From NCBI GenBank assembly GCA_951406725.2, contig OX597833.1, positions 23,250,001 to 23,314,000 on the forward strand: DNA of 64,000 nucleotides, read 5' to 3'. Position numbers and translations under genes: made by a program. The first letter of the stretch is position 1. Each line of letters opens with the position of its first letter. Of the stretch, positions 25,942-38,648 are shown piece after piece. The stretch comes from Octopus vulgaris. Taxonomy: Eukaryota. The notes under the pieces were generated by a model. That model saw only the letters and a list, made by a program, of their open reading frames with translations. It ran no database searches and was not told where the DNA came from.

Positions 25942-27599
25942 CAGAGGAATTAAAAACAGGCTGCCCCTGGGAGCTCCTCTATGCTGATGACCTTGCTCTA
26001 ATAGCCGAGTCACTGCCAGAACTGGAGATAAAGTTTAGGGTGAGGAAGCAAGGTCTAGAATCGAACGGCCTTAGGGTTAACCTAGCCAAAACCAAAGTCT
26101 TAGTAAGTAGGAAGGCTGTCAAATCACAACCCGCTGCAGATAGATGGCCCTGCTCAATCTGTAGAAAAGGCGTGGGTAGAAACTCCATACGATGTACTTG
26201 GTATAAGCTATGGACACATAAAAGGTGCAGCAATATCAAAGGAAGGTTAACCGAGAAAATAATTTTTGTGTGTGGCAGTTACACTGGGGCAATAAACACT
26301 GAAGATGTACAGAAAACAGATTCCATCACATGTCAGGGGAAGAATAGAAGTAGTTAATAGTTTCTGCTACCTAGGTGACCAAGTCTGTAGTGGGGGTGGT
26401 TGCTCTGAGAGTGAAGCAACTAGAGTAAGAATAGCCTAGGTAAAGTTCAGGGAGCTCCTACCTCTGCTGGCAATTAAGGGCCTGCCGCTCAGGATGAAAG
26501 GTAGACTGTATGATGCATGTGTGCAAACTACCATGCTACACGGCAGTGAAACATGGGCCATGAATGCTGAAGACATGCATAGGCTTGAAAGAAATGAAGC
26601 TAGTATGATCTGCTGGACGTGTAATGTCAGTGTGCATACACAACAGAGTATAAGCACCCTGAGAGAAAAGTTGGGCATAAGAAACATCAAATGTGGTGTG
26701 CAAGAGAGGCGATTGTGCTTGGATGGCCATGTGGTATGTATGAACAAAGACAGCTGTGTGAGGAAGTGCCACTCCCTAACTGTAGAAGGAACCTGTGGAA
26801 GAGATAGACCTGGAAGACATGGGATGAGGTCATGAAGCATGACCTTCAAACATTGGACCTCACAGAGGCAATGACAGAAGACTGGGACCTTTGGAGATAT
26901 GCTGTGATTGAGAAGACCTGGCAACTAAAGTGAGATTGCAGCCACACACGGCCAGTCCTGTTAAGAATACTCCTGTTACGTTGGGCGATATGATATGCTT
27001 AAGAAAACTCGTTGTGTCAACTAAAACCAATATCGTAGCTGGGGTTGGTGCCCCCTGACTGGCTTCCATGCCGATGGCATGTAAAAAGCACCATTCAAAC
27101 ATGGTCGATGCCAGAACCGCCTGACTGGCTCCTGTGTCTGTGGCATGTAAAAAGCACGAATCGATTGTAACTGATGCCAGTACCCCCTGACTGGCTCCTC
27201 TGCCAGTGGCATATAAAAAGCACCATCCAAATGTGTTCATTGCCAGGCCCACCTTACTGGCTCAGGTGCTGATGGCACATAAAAAGTACCAACCGACCAT
27301 GACCAATGCCAGTACCTGCTGACTGGTTCCTATGCCGGTGGCATGTAAAAAGCACCATCCGAACATGATCGTTGCCAGGCCCGCCTTACTGGCTCCAGTG
27401 CTAGTGGCACATAAAAAGCATCCACTATACTCTCGGAGTGGTTGGCGTTAGGAAGGACATCCAGCTGTAGAAACACTGCCAGATCAGATTGGAGCCTGGT
27501 GCAGCCTTCTGGCTCTCCAAACCTCATTTAAACCATCCAACCCATGCTAGCATGGAAAACGGACGTCAATCGCTGATAATGATAATGATGATGATGATG

Positions 27600-27600
<1 letters not shown>
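25942..27600 (+). mobile_element. 5'-truncated RTE/RTEX-type LINE with PHD-like finger and repetitive 3' UTR
   Basis: [62 protein letters not shown]; 3' UTR with 66-bp repeats; (ATG)n tail. Confidence 0.85.
27050..27425 (+). repeat. 66-bp tandem repeat, 6 units, in LINE 3' UTR
   Basis: Core AAAAAG(C/T)A at 27083, 27149, 27215, 27281, 27347, 27413. Confidence 0.9.
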
Positions 27601-27643
<43 letters not shown>

Positions 27644-28126
27644 CAGCTGGATCCTTTGCCCAATTTCTTTCTTCCTCCAAGCATTCACTACCACCACCCA
27701 TCACCTCCCCAACTGCAGTCCTCCCTGAAACAAGTTTTCTTACTACCCAGAACCATTTTGCTTCTTATCCATTTGTCATCCATCAATCCTGTTCTCTCCA
27801 CACTGTCATTGCTCACCCTTCCCCATTGTGCCACCAAATTATCTCTCCTCCCCCTCCTCTACTATTCCTGCCTCTCTCTCTTGTCTATCCACTTTGGCAA
27901 CCCAACCAACAACATGTCATTTTTCTTTCATCCTTCTCTTTTCTACTATGTCAATATTACTATTCTGTTGCTCTGCACCCTCAGACATCCCCTACACCTC
28001 CCTTCATTCTTGGCCCCTCTGAACCACTCATTCCCTATCTAGTGCCTTGAAGGTTTATCCTGACACTATTTTTATCCCTTCCCAGCTCCACCTTGATTGT
28101 TCCCACTCTTCTAAAATATTGCTAAT

Positions 28127-28820
28127 CACGTGGTTCGGTTTCCAAAGTGGGCAGCATTGCACCCCCTGGGGGCATTGGAAAGATTCATAAGGGGAGCATT
28201 GAAGAAAACTGGGCCAATAATGGGGTAGCTAAATGGGGCAATGGATATATCTTTATATATAAAAGTAAGGTTGTGTGTCTGTCTCCTACGATTTAGATTC
28301 CTAACTACTCCCACATTTTGTGGTGCAGTTTAACCAAAAGCGGGTATCTTATAGTCGTGACTCATATCGAGCCCTTCTGGGTATTAGCGCACATCTACGA
28401 TGAATCTACGATTTTAAAAAAATTTACCATCATTTTTCCGTATTTTTAATGCATTTTTTCGCTTGGTTTATATAAGGGAAGTAACTCTCTAAAAATGTAT
28501 TATTAAATCTCAGAACGTAAAAAGCTACAGTAACACCCCCCCCCCCCTTGTGGTTAGCCATATTGAGATGGCTATTATACTTTACATCTCTAAAAATGCT
28601 TATATAGTTATTTCCCTTACAAACCCGAGCAACGCCGGGTGATACTGCTAGTGAACAATAAAATAACGGGATAATTAGGTTAAGTTTTATTTGTTAAATA
28701 CTGTTGTTTTGAATTTGCTGCAGAAAGTGGTCTATGTTTGTGGTGGTGAGTGGGAGGGGGCGCTAAGAACGTGGCCTGTGTGCCAAGGGGACAGCAGCCC
28801 GAAAAGTTTGGGAACCACTG
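28127..28820. mobile_element. hAT(Charlie)-like MITE remnant hosting a Helitron
   Basis: Right end AAAAGTTTGGGAACCACTG; left end a degenerate match (CACGTGGTTC...CCAAAGTG). Confidence 0.5.
28250..28651 (+). mobile_element. Non-autonomous Helitron
   Basis: A|TCTTTATATATAAAAG ... CCCGAGCAACGCCGGG..CTAG|T. Confidence 0.85.
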
Positions 28821-29189
28821 TTCCACAGCAACAGACCTGTCCTGCTCCAGCCTGTCTTTCTCATACTTTACTCCTCTCTACCCCTCATCTCCTAGCATAA
28901 TGTTGCCCCACTCCTATATTTTAGTCAAAAGGGATCTTAGTCTCTTGACCTGCATTGTGACCCCACAAGTGCTGGTACCACAAAAGAAGCATCCATTACA
29001 CTCTGTAAAGTGGTGGGCATTAGGAAGGGCATTCAGCTTTAGAAACGAAGAACACTGGAGCCTGATGCAGTCCTGCAGCCTGTTGGATCCTGTCAAACTG
29101 CTCCACCTTTGCCATCATGAAAGATGAATGTTAGATGATGATGATGATATATTTATCCATACATATGCACATATCTACATTTTTTAAAT

Positions 29190-29590
29190 ACAAGGAATAC
29201 TGTTGAAATATTCCAATAGAAACAGTCATCCATTGCAAACACAACAAACCCGATGGTGTTCTGTATGACGGGGAACAAAAGTCATATGCCATCGTAGAGG
29301 TCAGTTGTCCAGTGGATGTGAACATGCCATATAAGTTCCAGGAAAATAGAACATTTATGGTTGAATTAATGCAGAACTCACATCTCTTGTACTCTGGTTA
29401 TCAGTTTTCTTTTGCACCAATCATCAGAGACGTATTCAACTTTGTAGCTCGAGATTTGCACAGCTTAGAAATGCTGGGATTTTCTAAGAAGGAGCAAAAG
29501 AAACTAATGTGGATTCTTCAAATCCAATCCGTTAGTGGCACAGGGAAGATTTGTAAGACATTCCAAAGATTCTCTAAGATTCTTTAAATG
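29190..29590 (+). mobile_element. RLE-LINE (R4/Dong-like) restriction-like endonuclease remnant
   Basis: NIPIETVIHCKHNKPDGVLYD...AIVEVSCPVDVN...FAPII...LQIQSVSGTGKICKTF, a PD-(D/E)xK-type signature. Confidence 0.7.
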
Positions 29591-29929
29591 AATGTACACA
29601 CACACTTGATTGTGTGTATCTACAAAGAGACATGTAAAAAGTCGTAATGTGTACACACACACACATACACACACAAGCACACACATACACACACAAGCAC
29701 ACACACACACACCTAAGTAGAGTAGAGAGATATGTTCACATAGAGCTTAAGTGCAGATGTATACACCTACATCTATGCCCACACTAACTTACATATTTAC
29801 AAACACCAGCAACGGAACTGTCTTAACTCCAAAAATTTTGTCACTTTGTTGTAAATGGCTTGAATTCTTTGAAGAAGTAAAATCTGAAAGAAAAACATAA
29901 GTATACATGTATATACATACATGTGTGTT

Positions 29930-29963
<34 letters not shown>

Positions 29964-29975
29964 TTTGTTTGTGTG

Positions 29976-30029
<54 letters not shown>

Positions 30030-30109
30030 CACATATATATATAAAAAAGGTAGTATGTATACATACATGTGTTTACATTGTTATTAACGAGTGTGCGTGT
30101 ATTTGTATT

Positions 30110-33100
30110 ATGTCAGGTCTCCGCTTGGAGCTACTGGTAACATGTAACCCAGTACAACCTGTTACATGGTCGGGTCGTTGGCGACTAAACTGGCAACCCC
30201 ACCAAGATTTCTTGGTGAGGAGGGTGATTTGGACACCCAGCAGGACTAAAAACAAAACCTGTCAAAGGGCAGAGGAACTCTCTCATGAGTCAATGGCCAT
30301 CCAAAATCTGGAGTGGAGCCCCTAAGGCGGTTGGATTGCGCCATGCGAGCCACCTTCCGGCAGCTCCTGCATCCTGGTCTACCCCCAGCCGTCTTGACTT
30401 TGTCTTGCCACTGGATCCGGCGCACCCTCACTATAATCCAAGTCACGCGCACGTCATGACATCATGACACCAACATCACAAAGTCCTGTGGCGATGGGGA
30501 AACGGCGAAGTTGCAGGTGAGGATACTGGGAGCTGCAGTCTTGAACCCACACACAGGCGGCTCAGGACATGTGGTCGCCCCTCACTGAACTGAGGCAGCA
30601 GTGGAGTCCGGCAGCCTCCTGAATGACCGAGCAGCCCTCTTCAGGATCGCTCTGCTCGCCTCCGCAGCATGAGGACGGGGCTAGAAAAGGTTGCCCTAAA
30701 CATAGCCTGCCTCACCTCACCCTGGTCAGCAAACCGCGGCTGGCGGGGATCCTTTCCAAGCGGTCGAAACAAAGAAAGAAAACAAACAAAGGTGCTCACT
30801 TTCGCAACTTGGAACGTGAGAACTCTGCTTGACAACACCAAAGCGGACAGACCAGAGAGACGAACTACCCTGGTGGCCAGAGAACTGAGCCGATACAGTG
30901 TCGATATCGCAGCACTGAGCGAGACCCGCCTTGCAGACAAAGGCCAGCTGACAGAGACAGGCGGCGGCTACACTTTCTTTTGGAGTGGTCGCAGCAGCGA
31001 AGAGCGTCGTGAGGCTGGTGTTGGTTTTGCCATCAAGTCAGTACACGTGCGGAAACTGGAAAGCTCCCCCGAGGGTATCAACGATCGGCTGATGAAGATG
31101 CAGCTCCCACTTGGAAACAAGACTAGTGCGACCATCATCAGCGCTTACGCCCCCACCATGACCAACCCTGAAGAAGTTAAGGACAGGTTCTATGAGGAAC
31201 TCGACTCCCTCATCACGTCAGCCCAGCCTGGGAAGCTCATCCTCCTTGGGGACTTTAACGCCCGTGTCGGGACTGACCACCAAGCCTGGCATCGCGTACT
31301 GGGAAAGCAAGGAATCGGAAAGTGCAACAACAACGGGCAGCTCCTCCTGCGTGCGTGTGCCTCTCATGATCTTACCATCGCCAACACCTTGTTCCGTCTG
31401 CCAACACGCAACAAGACATCATGGATGCATCCACGCTCCAAACACTGGCATCTGATAGATTACGTCATCGTCAGGGCGAAAGACAGGCGGGACGTGAGAC
31501 TGGTCAAAGCCATGTGTGGAGCTGATTGCTGGACGGACCATCGCCTCATCATCTCCAGGATGGATTTCTACATCCAACCTAAGAGAAGACCACAGGGTCA
31601 GAAAGTGACGAGGAAGCTTAACATCACGAAATTAAAGAACCAGCTGACTGCACAAGATCTCTAGTCACGTATGGACAGCAAGCTGTTGGACATTCGGAAT
31701 GACCAGTCCAGCATCGATGAGCAGTGGGAATCATTCAGGGACACAGTTCATTCCATCGCCCTTGAAACTCTAGGCCAAGTTACGAGGAACCACCAGGACT
31801 GGTTCGACGAAAACGACCAGGAAATCCAAAAGCTCCTGGAAGAGAAACCCCGTATGCTGCGGGCCCACCAAAATGACACCACCTGCACGGCAAAGAAGGC
31901 TGCTTTCAACAACATTCGCAGCACAGTCCAGGCAAAACTCCGCCTCATGCAAGACGCATGGTTAGGCGCCAAGGCGGATGAGATTCAGGGATACGCAGAC
32001 AAACACGACACCAAGAAATTCTACGAGGCGCTGAAAGCTGTCTATGGACCGCAGTCCTCCTTTGGATCAACCCCCTGCTCAGCTCGGATGGAACCTCACT
32101 CCTGACTAACAAGAGGCTGATCCTGGAGAGATGGGCGGAGCATTTCAACATCGTGCTCAACCGACCAGCCCAGATCAACGAGGAAGCCATCGCACGACTC
32201 CCCCAGGTGCCGACAAACCACGAACTGGCTGTTCCCCCTGCAGTCGAGGAAGTGAGCAGAGCCATCAAAAAAATGTCCACCGGCAAACCTCCAGGCTCTG
32301 ACGCCATCCCTGCAGAGGTGTTCAAGTCGGGCGGCCCCACCATGATCAGTCAGCTCACCAGCCTGTTCCAGTCGATGTGGGACAGGGAACAACTCCCTCA
32401 AGATTTCCGGGACGCAACAATCGTCCACATTTATAAGCGGAAAGGAGATCGGCAGTCCTGCGACAACCACCGAGGAATCTCCCTCTTGTCCATAGCAGGC
32501 AAGATCCTGGCCCGAGTCCTGCTTGACCGCTTTCTGGAACACGTGGAGCAAGGCCTTCTCCCTGAGAGCCAGTGTGGCTTCCGCGCGGGTCGAGGGACCA
32601 CTGACATGATATTCGCCGCCTGCCAGCTCCAGGAGAAATGCATGGAGCAGCACCTTGACCTCTGCATGACCTTTGTTGACCTCACCAGGGCTTTCGATAC
32701 AGTCAGTCGGGAGGGACTCTGGAAGGTCATGGGAAAATTTGGTTGCCCCAGCAAATTTATTGCAATTGTCCGCCAGTTCCACGACGGAATGACGGCCAGA
32801 GTCCTTGAAGACGGCAACTCATCTGAAGCCTTCCAGGTGACCAACGGAGTCAGGCAGGGCTGTGTCCTGGCCCCAACACTGTTCAGCATCATGTTCTCGG
32901 CAATGCTGTCCGACGCCTTCAGGGACTGCAAGTCCGGTATCGACATCAAGTACAGGACGGACGGGAAACTTTTCAACTCCAGAAGATTGCAGGCCGTCAC
33001 AAAGGTAAGGGAGACAGTCGTCAGAGACTTTCTCTTTGCTGACGACTGCGCCCTTAACGCAATCGATGAGCAGGAGATGCAGCTCGGGACGGACAGGTTC

Positions 33101-34034
33101 TCATCAGCCTGTGACAACTTCGGTCTCACCATCAGTGCCAAGAAAACCGAAGTGATGTTTCAGCCAGCCCTCGGCAAACAATACCATGAGCCTCAGATAA
33201 AGGTGAACGGACGGATCCTACGAGCGGTGGAAAACTTCACCTACCTGGGCAGCACTCTCTCCTGCAATGCCAACATAGATGCTGAAATCATCAACAGAAT
33301 CTCCAAGGCAAGCAGCGCGTTTGGGAGACTGCGAAAGAAAGTCTGGGAGCGGAGAGGAATCAGCCTCAACACCAAGCTGAAAATCTACCGGGCAGTCGTG
33401 CTTACCACCCAACTATACGGCTGCGAGACGTGGACTGCTTACCGAAGGCACGAGCGCCAGATAAACCACTTCCACCTCAGGTGTCTTCGGAACCTCCTTC
33501 ACATCCGCTGGCAGGACAAAGTCCCAGACACGGAAGTTCTGAAGCAGGCAGATCTCCCTAGCACCATCACGATCATGCGCAAGGCCCAGCTGAGATGGGC
33601 GGGCCACGTCACCCGCATGTCCGACACTCGCATCCCAAAACAGCTCTTCTACGGTGAACTCAGCCAGGGAAAACGCAAAGTCGGAGGGCAGAAAGAAGCG
33701 CTTCAAGCACAGTCTCAAAGTCTCTCTCAAAGACTTCTCCATCGGCACAGAGACTTGGGAGACACTTGCTGCCGACCGCTCATCCTGGCGCAGCGCAATC
33801 ACCACAGGAGCAAAGATAGCCGAGGAGAGACGGATTCAGTCAGCAGAACAGAAACGCCAGATGCGGAAAGCCAGAGCCACCTGCACCAATAGCACAGCCG
33901 CTACCCACTTCTGCCCCACCTGTGGGAGGGGCTTCCTTGCCCGGATTGGCCTCACCAGCCACCTCCGGTCTCATAGCAGCAATTCCACCAAATGATGTCA
34001 ATGGTCATCTTCGAACCCGAAGGACGAACATTAT
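30110..34034 (+). mobile_element. Full-length RTE-BovB-like LINE, near intact
   Basis: APE (TWNVRTL, SETR, GDFNARVG, IDYV, TDH), RT (RGISLLS, ESQCGFR, FVDLTRAFD, GVRQGCVLAP, FADD), C-terminal C2H2 (CPTC..SHLRSH); one stop (31662) and frameshifts near 32075 and 33690; putative TSD TATTTGTAT at 30100 and 34035. Confidence 0.95.
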
Positions 34035-34202
34035 TATTTGTATATATATATATATATATATATTTTATTTTAAATTCAAAATAAGGGTGAGAAATTAGAT
34101 ATTAATTTAATTAACATCGATTTCACAGCAGTGGTCTGAAAGATCCGTAGCAGATCTATTTCTAGCATATGGGTGTCCACATAGTGGTTTCCCTCTCATA
34201 TA

Positions 34203-34244
<42 letters not shown>

Positions 34245-34250
<6 letters not shown>

Positions 34251-34584
34251 ATTCGAGACAAAACCACTATTTTAAAACCAAACAAGGAAAGACTTAATCA
34301 ATACATAAAATTTTAATATAAATTAAATAAACCGCCACTACAATTTTTTCATGTCTGCTACCGACAATCTTCAGGTGGATTTTCGATCTTCTAATCAGTA
34401 TCAAAATTGTAGTGGCGGTTTATTTAATTTATATTAAAATTTTATGTATTGATTAAGTCTTTCCTTGTTTGGTTTTAAAATAGTGGTTTTGTCTCGAATT
34501 ATATTATATAATATTTTACTATAAAATTGGATTTAACCCTAAATCTGATTTTTCCCTGTAATTTTGGATTCATTCCCTAATATT

Positions 34585-34590
<6 letters not shown>
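34245..34590. mobile_element. Fold-back Penelope-type mini-element with hammerhead
   Basis: ~100-bp inverted arms (34245-34347 / 34403-34505) between (TA)n tracts; minus-strand motif 34335-34378 CCAC-CTGAAGA-tTGTC..GACAt-GAAA-aaattg-TA-GTGG. Confidence 0.7.
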
Positions 34591-34631
<41 letters not shown>

Positions 34632-34714
34632 TTTTAAATTTGTTTATGGGAAACGTTTTGAATATACAAATAAAGCTCCTATTCTATTATGCTGGCCATA
34701 AAAGAATATATATA

Positions 34715-35215
34715 GTATGCCTGTATGCAAACAGCCTTGCTACCGGGCATGGAAACAGGGGCTGGGACCGCCAGGGACATGCAAGGGCTTGAAAGAAATG
34801 AAGCAAGCATGCTTCGTTGGATGTGCAATGTCAATGTGCATGCACAACAGTGTGTAAGCATCTTGAGAGACATCAGATGTGGTGTGCAAGAGAGACGACT
34901 GCACTGGTACGGCCATGTGATGTGTATGGAGGAGGACGGTTGTGCAAGAAAGTGTCAATGTCTAACTGTAGAGGGAACATGTGGAAGAGATAAACCCAGG
35001 AAGACATGGGACAAGGTTATGAAGCATGATCTTTGAATGTTGGGCCCCATGGAGGTGATGACAAGTGACAGAGACCTTTGGCAATTTGCTGTGCTTGAGA
35101 AAACGTGTGAAGCCAAATGAAGCCATAGTCATGGTCATTGCTGGTGTCATCGTGGCCATTGCCAGTAGCATGATCTTTGAATGTTGGGCCTCACAGAGAT
35201 GATGACAAGTGACAG
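34715..35215 (+). mobile_element. RTE/RTEX-type LINE 3' fragment
   Basis: LERNEASMLRWMCNV...RRLHWYGHV, homologous to 26500-26900. Confidence 0.8.
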
Positions 35216-35229
35216 AGAATCACCCAGTG

Positions 35230-36250
35230 CAGCACCTTCTCACTACTTAGCATTGAAGGCAAAATATTCTTCAGTATCTTGTCATGTTGGTTAACAAAAT
35301 TTCTTTGGGAGATCGAATTCATAAACACATCGATACAAGAAAGTGGAACTGCTGGAACCACCAGCTGCCAAAAGCCCACCAGAGTGATTACACAGCTCCT
35401 AAGAGAAGCAAAGGAAGGTTAGGGAGATCTAGTGGTATTGTGGCTGGACCTTGCAAATCTTTGCAGGCCCATGCCACACAAGCTGGTTGAAGAGGGTCTC
35501 CAAAGACACCACATCCTATAGAAGATCACCAACCTTGTTCTGAATTATTATTGCATCTTCCACATGGGAGACATCTCTAAGCTTACAACATCCATGTTGA
35601 ACAGGTTGGAATGGGATAATATGACTGGTTGCTCCCTCTCAGTAACCCTTTCCACCCTTGCCATGAACATGGGGTGGGGGTCAAGATAGCAGAGGTTGAG
35701 TGTGAAAGATCCCAGATAAAATCTAACTTGTAGCGGCCAGTATTAAGGGCCTTCATGGACAACATGCTGGTGGCAGGTGGACCCTTCAAGGACCTCAGTA
35801 GCTTATTTTATGAGCAAGGATGAATTTCAAACCATCAAAATCGAGGTCTCTTGTGCTGAGGAAAGGGCAAGTGGGGGAAAAGTTTCACTTCGACTTGTTT
35901 GACATTGCTATTCCAACTTTGGCAGAAGAACAAGGCAAGTGCATGGGGAAGAAAACTGGATTGCTCAGCTGCTCCAAACCTTGGGCATCCTAGCATGCCA
36001 TCCTGTCCAGATTTTGTAGCCCCAGTCATATTATGATGTTAGCATGTCAAGTATGGAAACTGTGGAGAAGATCAGCAGTTTTTTGAGAAGGTGGCTTGCC
36101 TTAGCAATGAACCTAAACAGCATCATTCTGAAGAGGTGGACCAACTCTTCAGTAGCCTTTCAAGGGAGTCTGTAGTGTCAAGAAGAAGAGAAACTATGAC
36201 GTACAGAGATACCAGTGACACAAAAGTGACAGCAACTGGCTTTGAAGTGC
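35230..36250 (+). mobile_element. Degenerate HERO/NeSL-like RLE-LINE RT remnant
   Basis: MTGC.LSV...LAMN, LRAFMDN (for RAFMDD), MNFKPSKSRSLVLRKGK, YRDTSDTKV. Confidence 0.6.
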
Positions 36251-37383
36251 AATGCTCCCAAACCCCATGCCCCTTAACCCTAACCCTACTTCCTGACACT
36301 TCTCTCAGCTTCATTCAGGCTGTTGCTGCTGCCATTACGACGCATTGCCTTCCTCCCCTCTGTCTTCTCTTACTGCTCCTTTTGCCACTCTCTTTATATC
36401 TCACCTCTCTTTCTTCACTCTCTCTCTCAATGTCTCGTTACCTCTCTACATTTTATTTTTCTAGTCTACTCTCTACTACGTTTCTTTCACCCTCTCTCCA
36501 ACTCACTATTACTCTCTCTCTCTCTCTCACTATTGACCTCTCTTTATGTCTTTGCCTTTCCTTCCACACAATCAATTCTGACTACTTCATGTTCCTCCTC
36601 CTTTCCCTCCCTTTATAGTCTTACCGTTTTCCCTCTCCCCCACACTGTCTTTTCATTTCTCCCTCGCTAATTTACTTCCTTTCTTTTTACCTCCCACTCT
36701 CACTTGCTACTATGTTTTTCTCTCTCTTTACTCATACTTTTTTCTCTTCCTTCCTCATATTCAAATTCTTACTCTCCCTTTCCTCCCCTCTCTTACATTT
36801 CTTTAGTTTCTTTTCCTTCCTCCCCTTCGCATTCTGCCGTTCCTCTCACTCTTCATCATTCTTCTGCTGTTGCGGAACTACACACATCGAAGCACTGCTT
36901 TAACATCATATAATAGTCCGTGTGCCAAATTAATCCGGCTGCCCACTTACATTTTTGACCAAAGGGTCAGTTACGGAATCAAATATTTTCACTCTGAAAT
37001 CTTTTTCAACGCAGTAAAGAAATCTGCTCCGGTGTTGGGGTTTGAGTTCGGCCCCTGAACCACTTATTTATGCTACTGTTGTGTATGTGTAGCGAATGAC
37101 TACATAATGTATCAGTGATGTAGTGAGTCCCGTGCCAGAACCTCCCGGACTTTATTTACCTCCTTGGTAGAAACATACATACACAGCTCTGTGTGTATGT
37201 ATGTTTCTACCAAGGAGTCTTACCGCCTCAACCTCCACCACTTCTACCACAACCACCACCACGGCTCGCTGATGGATTCCCTTGGAACATCGACCCCCTT
37301 TTTCTTTTTTGACCTGTTTTGGTCTCTTTATCTGACCCCTTACCTCTGGCTATTTTACACGGGATTACCAGCAGGCGCCGGCC

Positions 37384-37429
37384 ATGGGCAATGCAGCGAC
37401 GGCAAAGAAAGGGGATCCAGCCGAAAACG
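37384..37429 (+). CDS. PRKAC: cAMP-dependent protein kinase catalytic subunit, first coding exon
   Basis: Kozak GCCGGCCATGG; MGNAATAKKGDPAEN resembles the myristoylated PKA-C N-terminus (human PRKACB MGNAATAKKG); 46-nt phase-1 exon as in vertebrate PRKACA/B; donor G|GTAGGT; no further PKA exon seen. Confidence 0.9.
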
Positions 37430-37723
37430 GTAGGTGTCCGCTGGGGATCGAAACCTTCACCCACTTTATACTAAATATCTCTCATCCGCTTCCTCTATCC
37501 TTTCCACACATTGCCACATCGATTTCCAACCCCGGATCTTCTTCCTTGCATATCACTTCACACACACACACACGCTTATATACACTCCTTATGTGTGTAT
37601 TTGCTTCGAAGGACTTGGCCATATTTACGCAAATTAATGCATTTATATATACATTTTGAGTGTATGTATATAATATACCATACGTTATATGTCTTATATA
37701 CACATCACCTGATTACTTGCAAC

Positions 37724-37772
<49 letters not shown>

Positions 37773-37921
37773 TTCTTATACACAAGCTGAGATGATGTAT
37801 AATTTACTGTGATATATAAATCGTGGATAAGAAGCCGACCTTTCACTATGTGGCCTTAATTAGCAGATTAATTAACAATTTGTAAGAACATTTGTTGAGC
37901 TGTATATGTGTGTATGTTTAT

Positions 37922-37955
<34 letters not shown>

Positions 37956-38235
37956 GTTAGTGTTGTGTGTGTCCTTAGCCATATTTGCACAAACACGTGT
38001 TCAGTATCTGGATAAATGTGTATACACACACACATGTACATATGAGTACATATATGTATGTATATTTATATAGGAATATGTGTATGCATGTATATACAAA
38101 TATGAGTGTATACATGTATATATTATTTACATGTGTGTTATTTTAACTGTTAAAGTCAGAACCATGTGTGTGTGTGTGTGAGTTTATGTATTTATCTGCT
38201 TAAAATGCCTGTGTATATACTTGTATAATTATACT

Positions 38236-38269
<34 letters not shown>

Positions 38270-38537
38270 ACATTATATTTTATGTTTGTCAGTCTTCTGG
38301 GAAATTACATATATATATTTATACACACACATATATGTATGCATACATAGGCTTTTAGTGTAACACTTAGGCATTTATAAATATACACTCTTTGTGTATA
38401 TATGTGTGTGAGTATGGATGTGTTCATGTATATGAATGTGTGTGTGTGTGTATATATATATACACATATATATATATACACATATATATATATATAAATA
38501 TACACATATATATATATACACATATATATATATATAT

Positions 38538-38615
38538 ACACATACATTTATATATATATACACATATAGATACATATACACATATGTATACATACACACA
38601 CACACATATGTATTA

Positions 38616-38648
<33 letters not shown>

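Noticed and set aside
27050-27425. CRISPR-like regular repeat with spacers
   Set aside because: Eukaryotic context, no cas genes, spacers related to each other, located in a LINE 3' UTR
36271-36290. CCTTAACCCTAACCCTA telomere-like motif
   Set aside because: Only about two units; expected by chance
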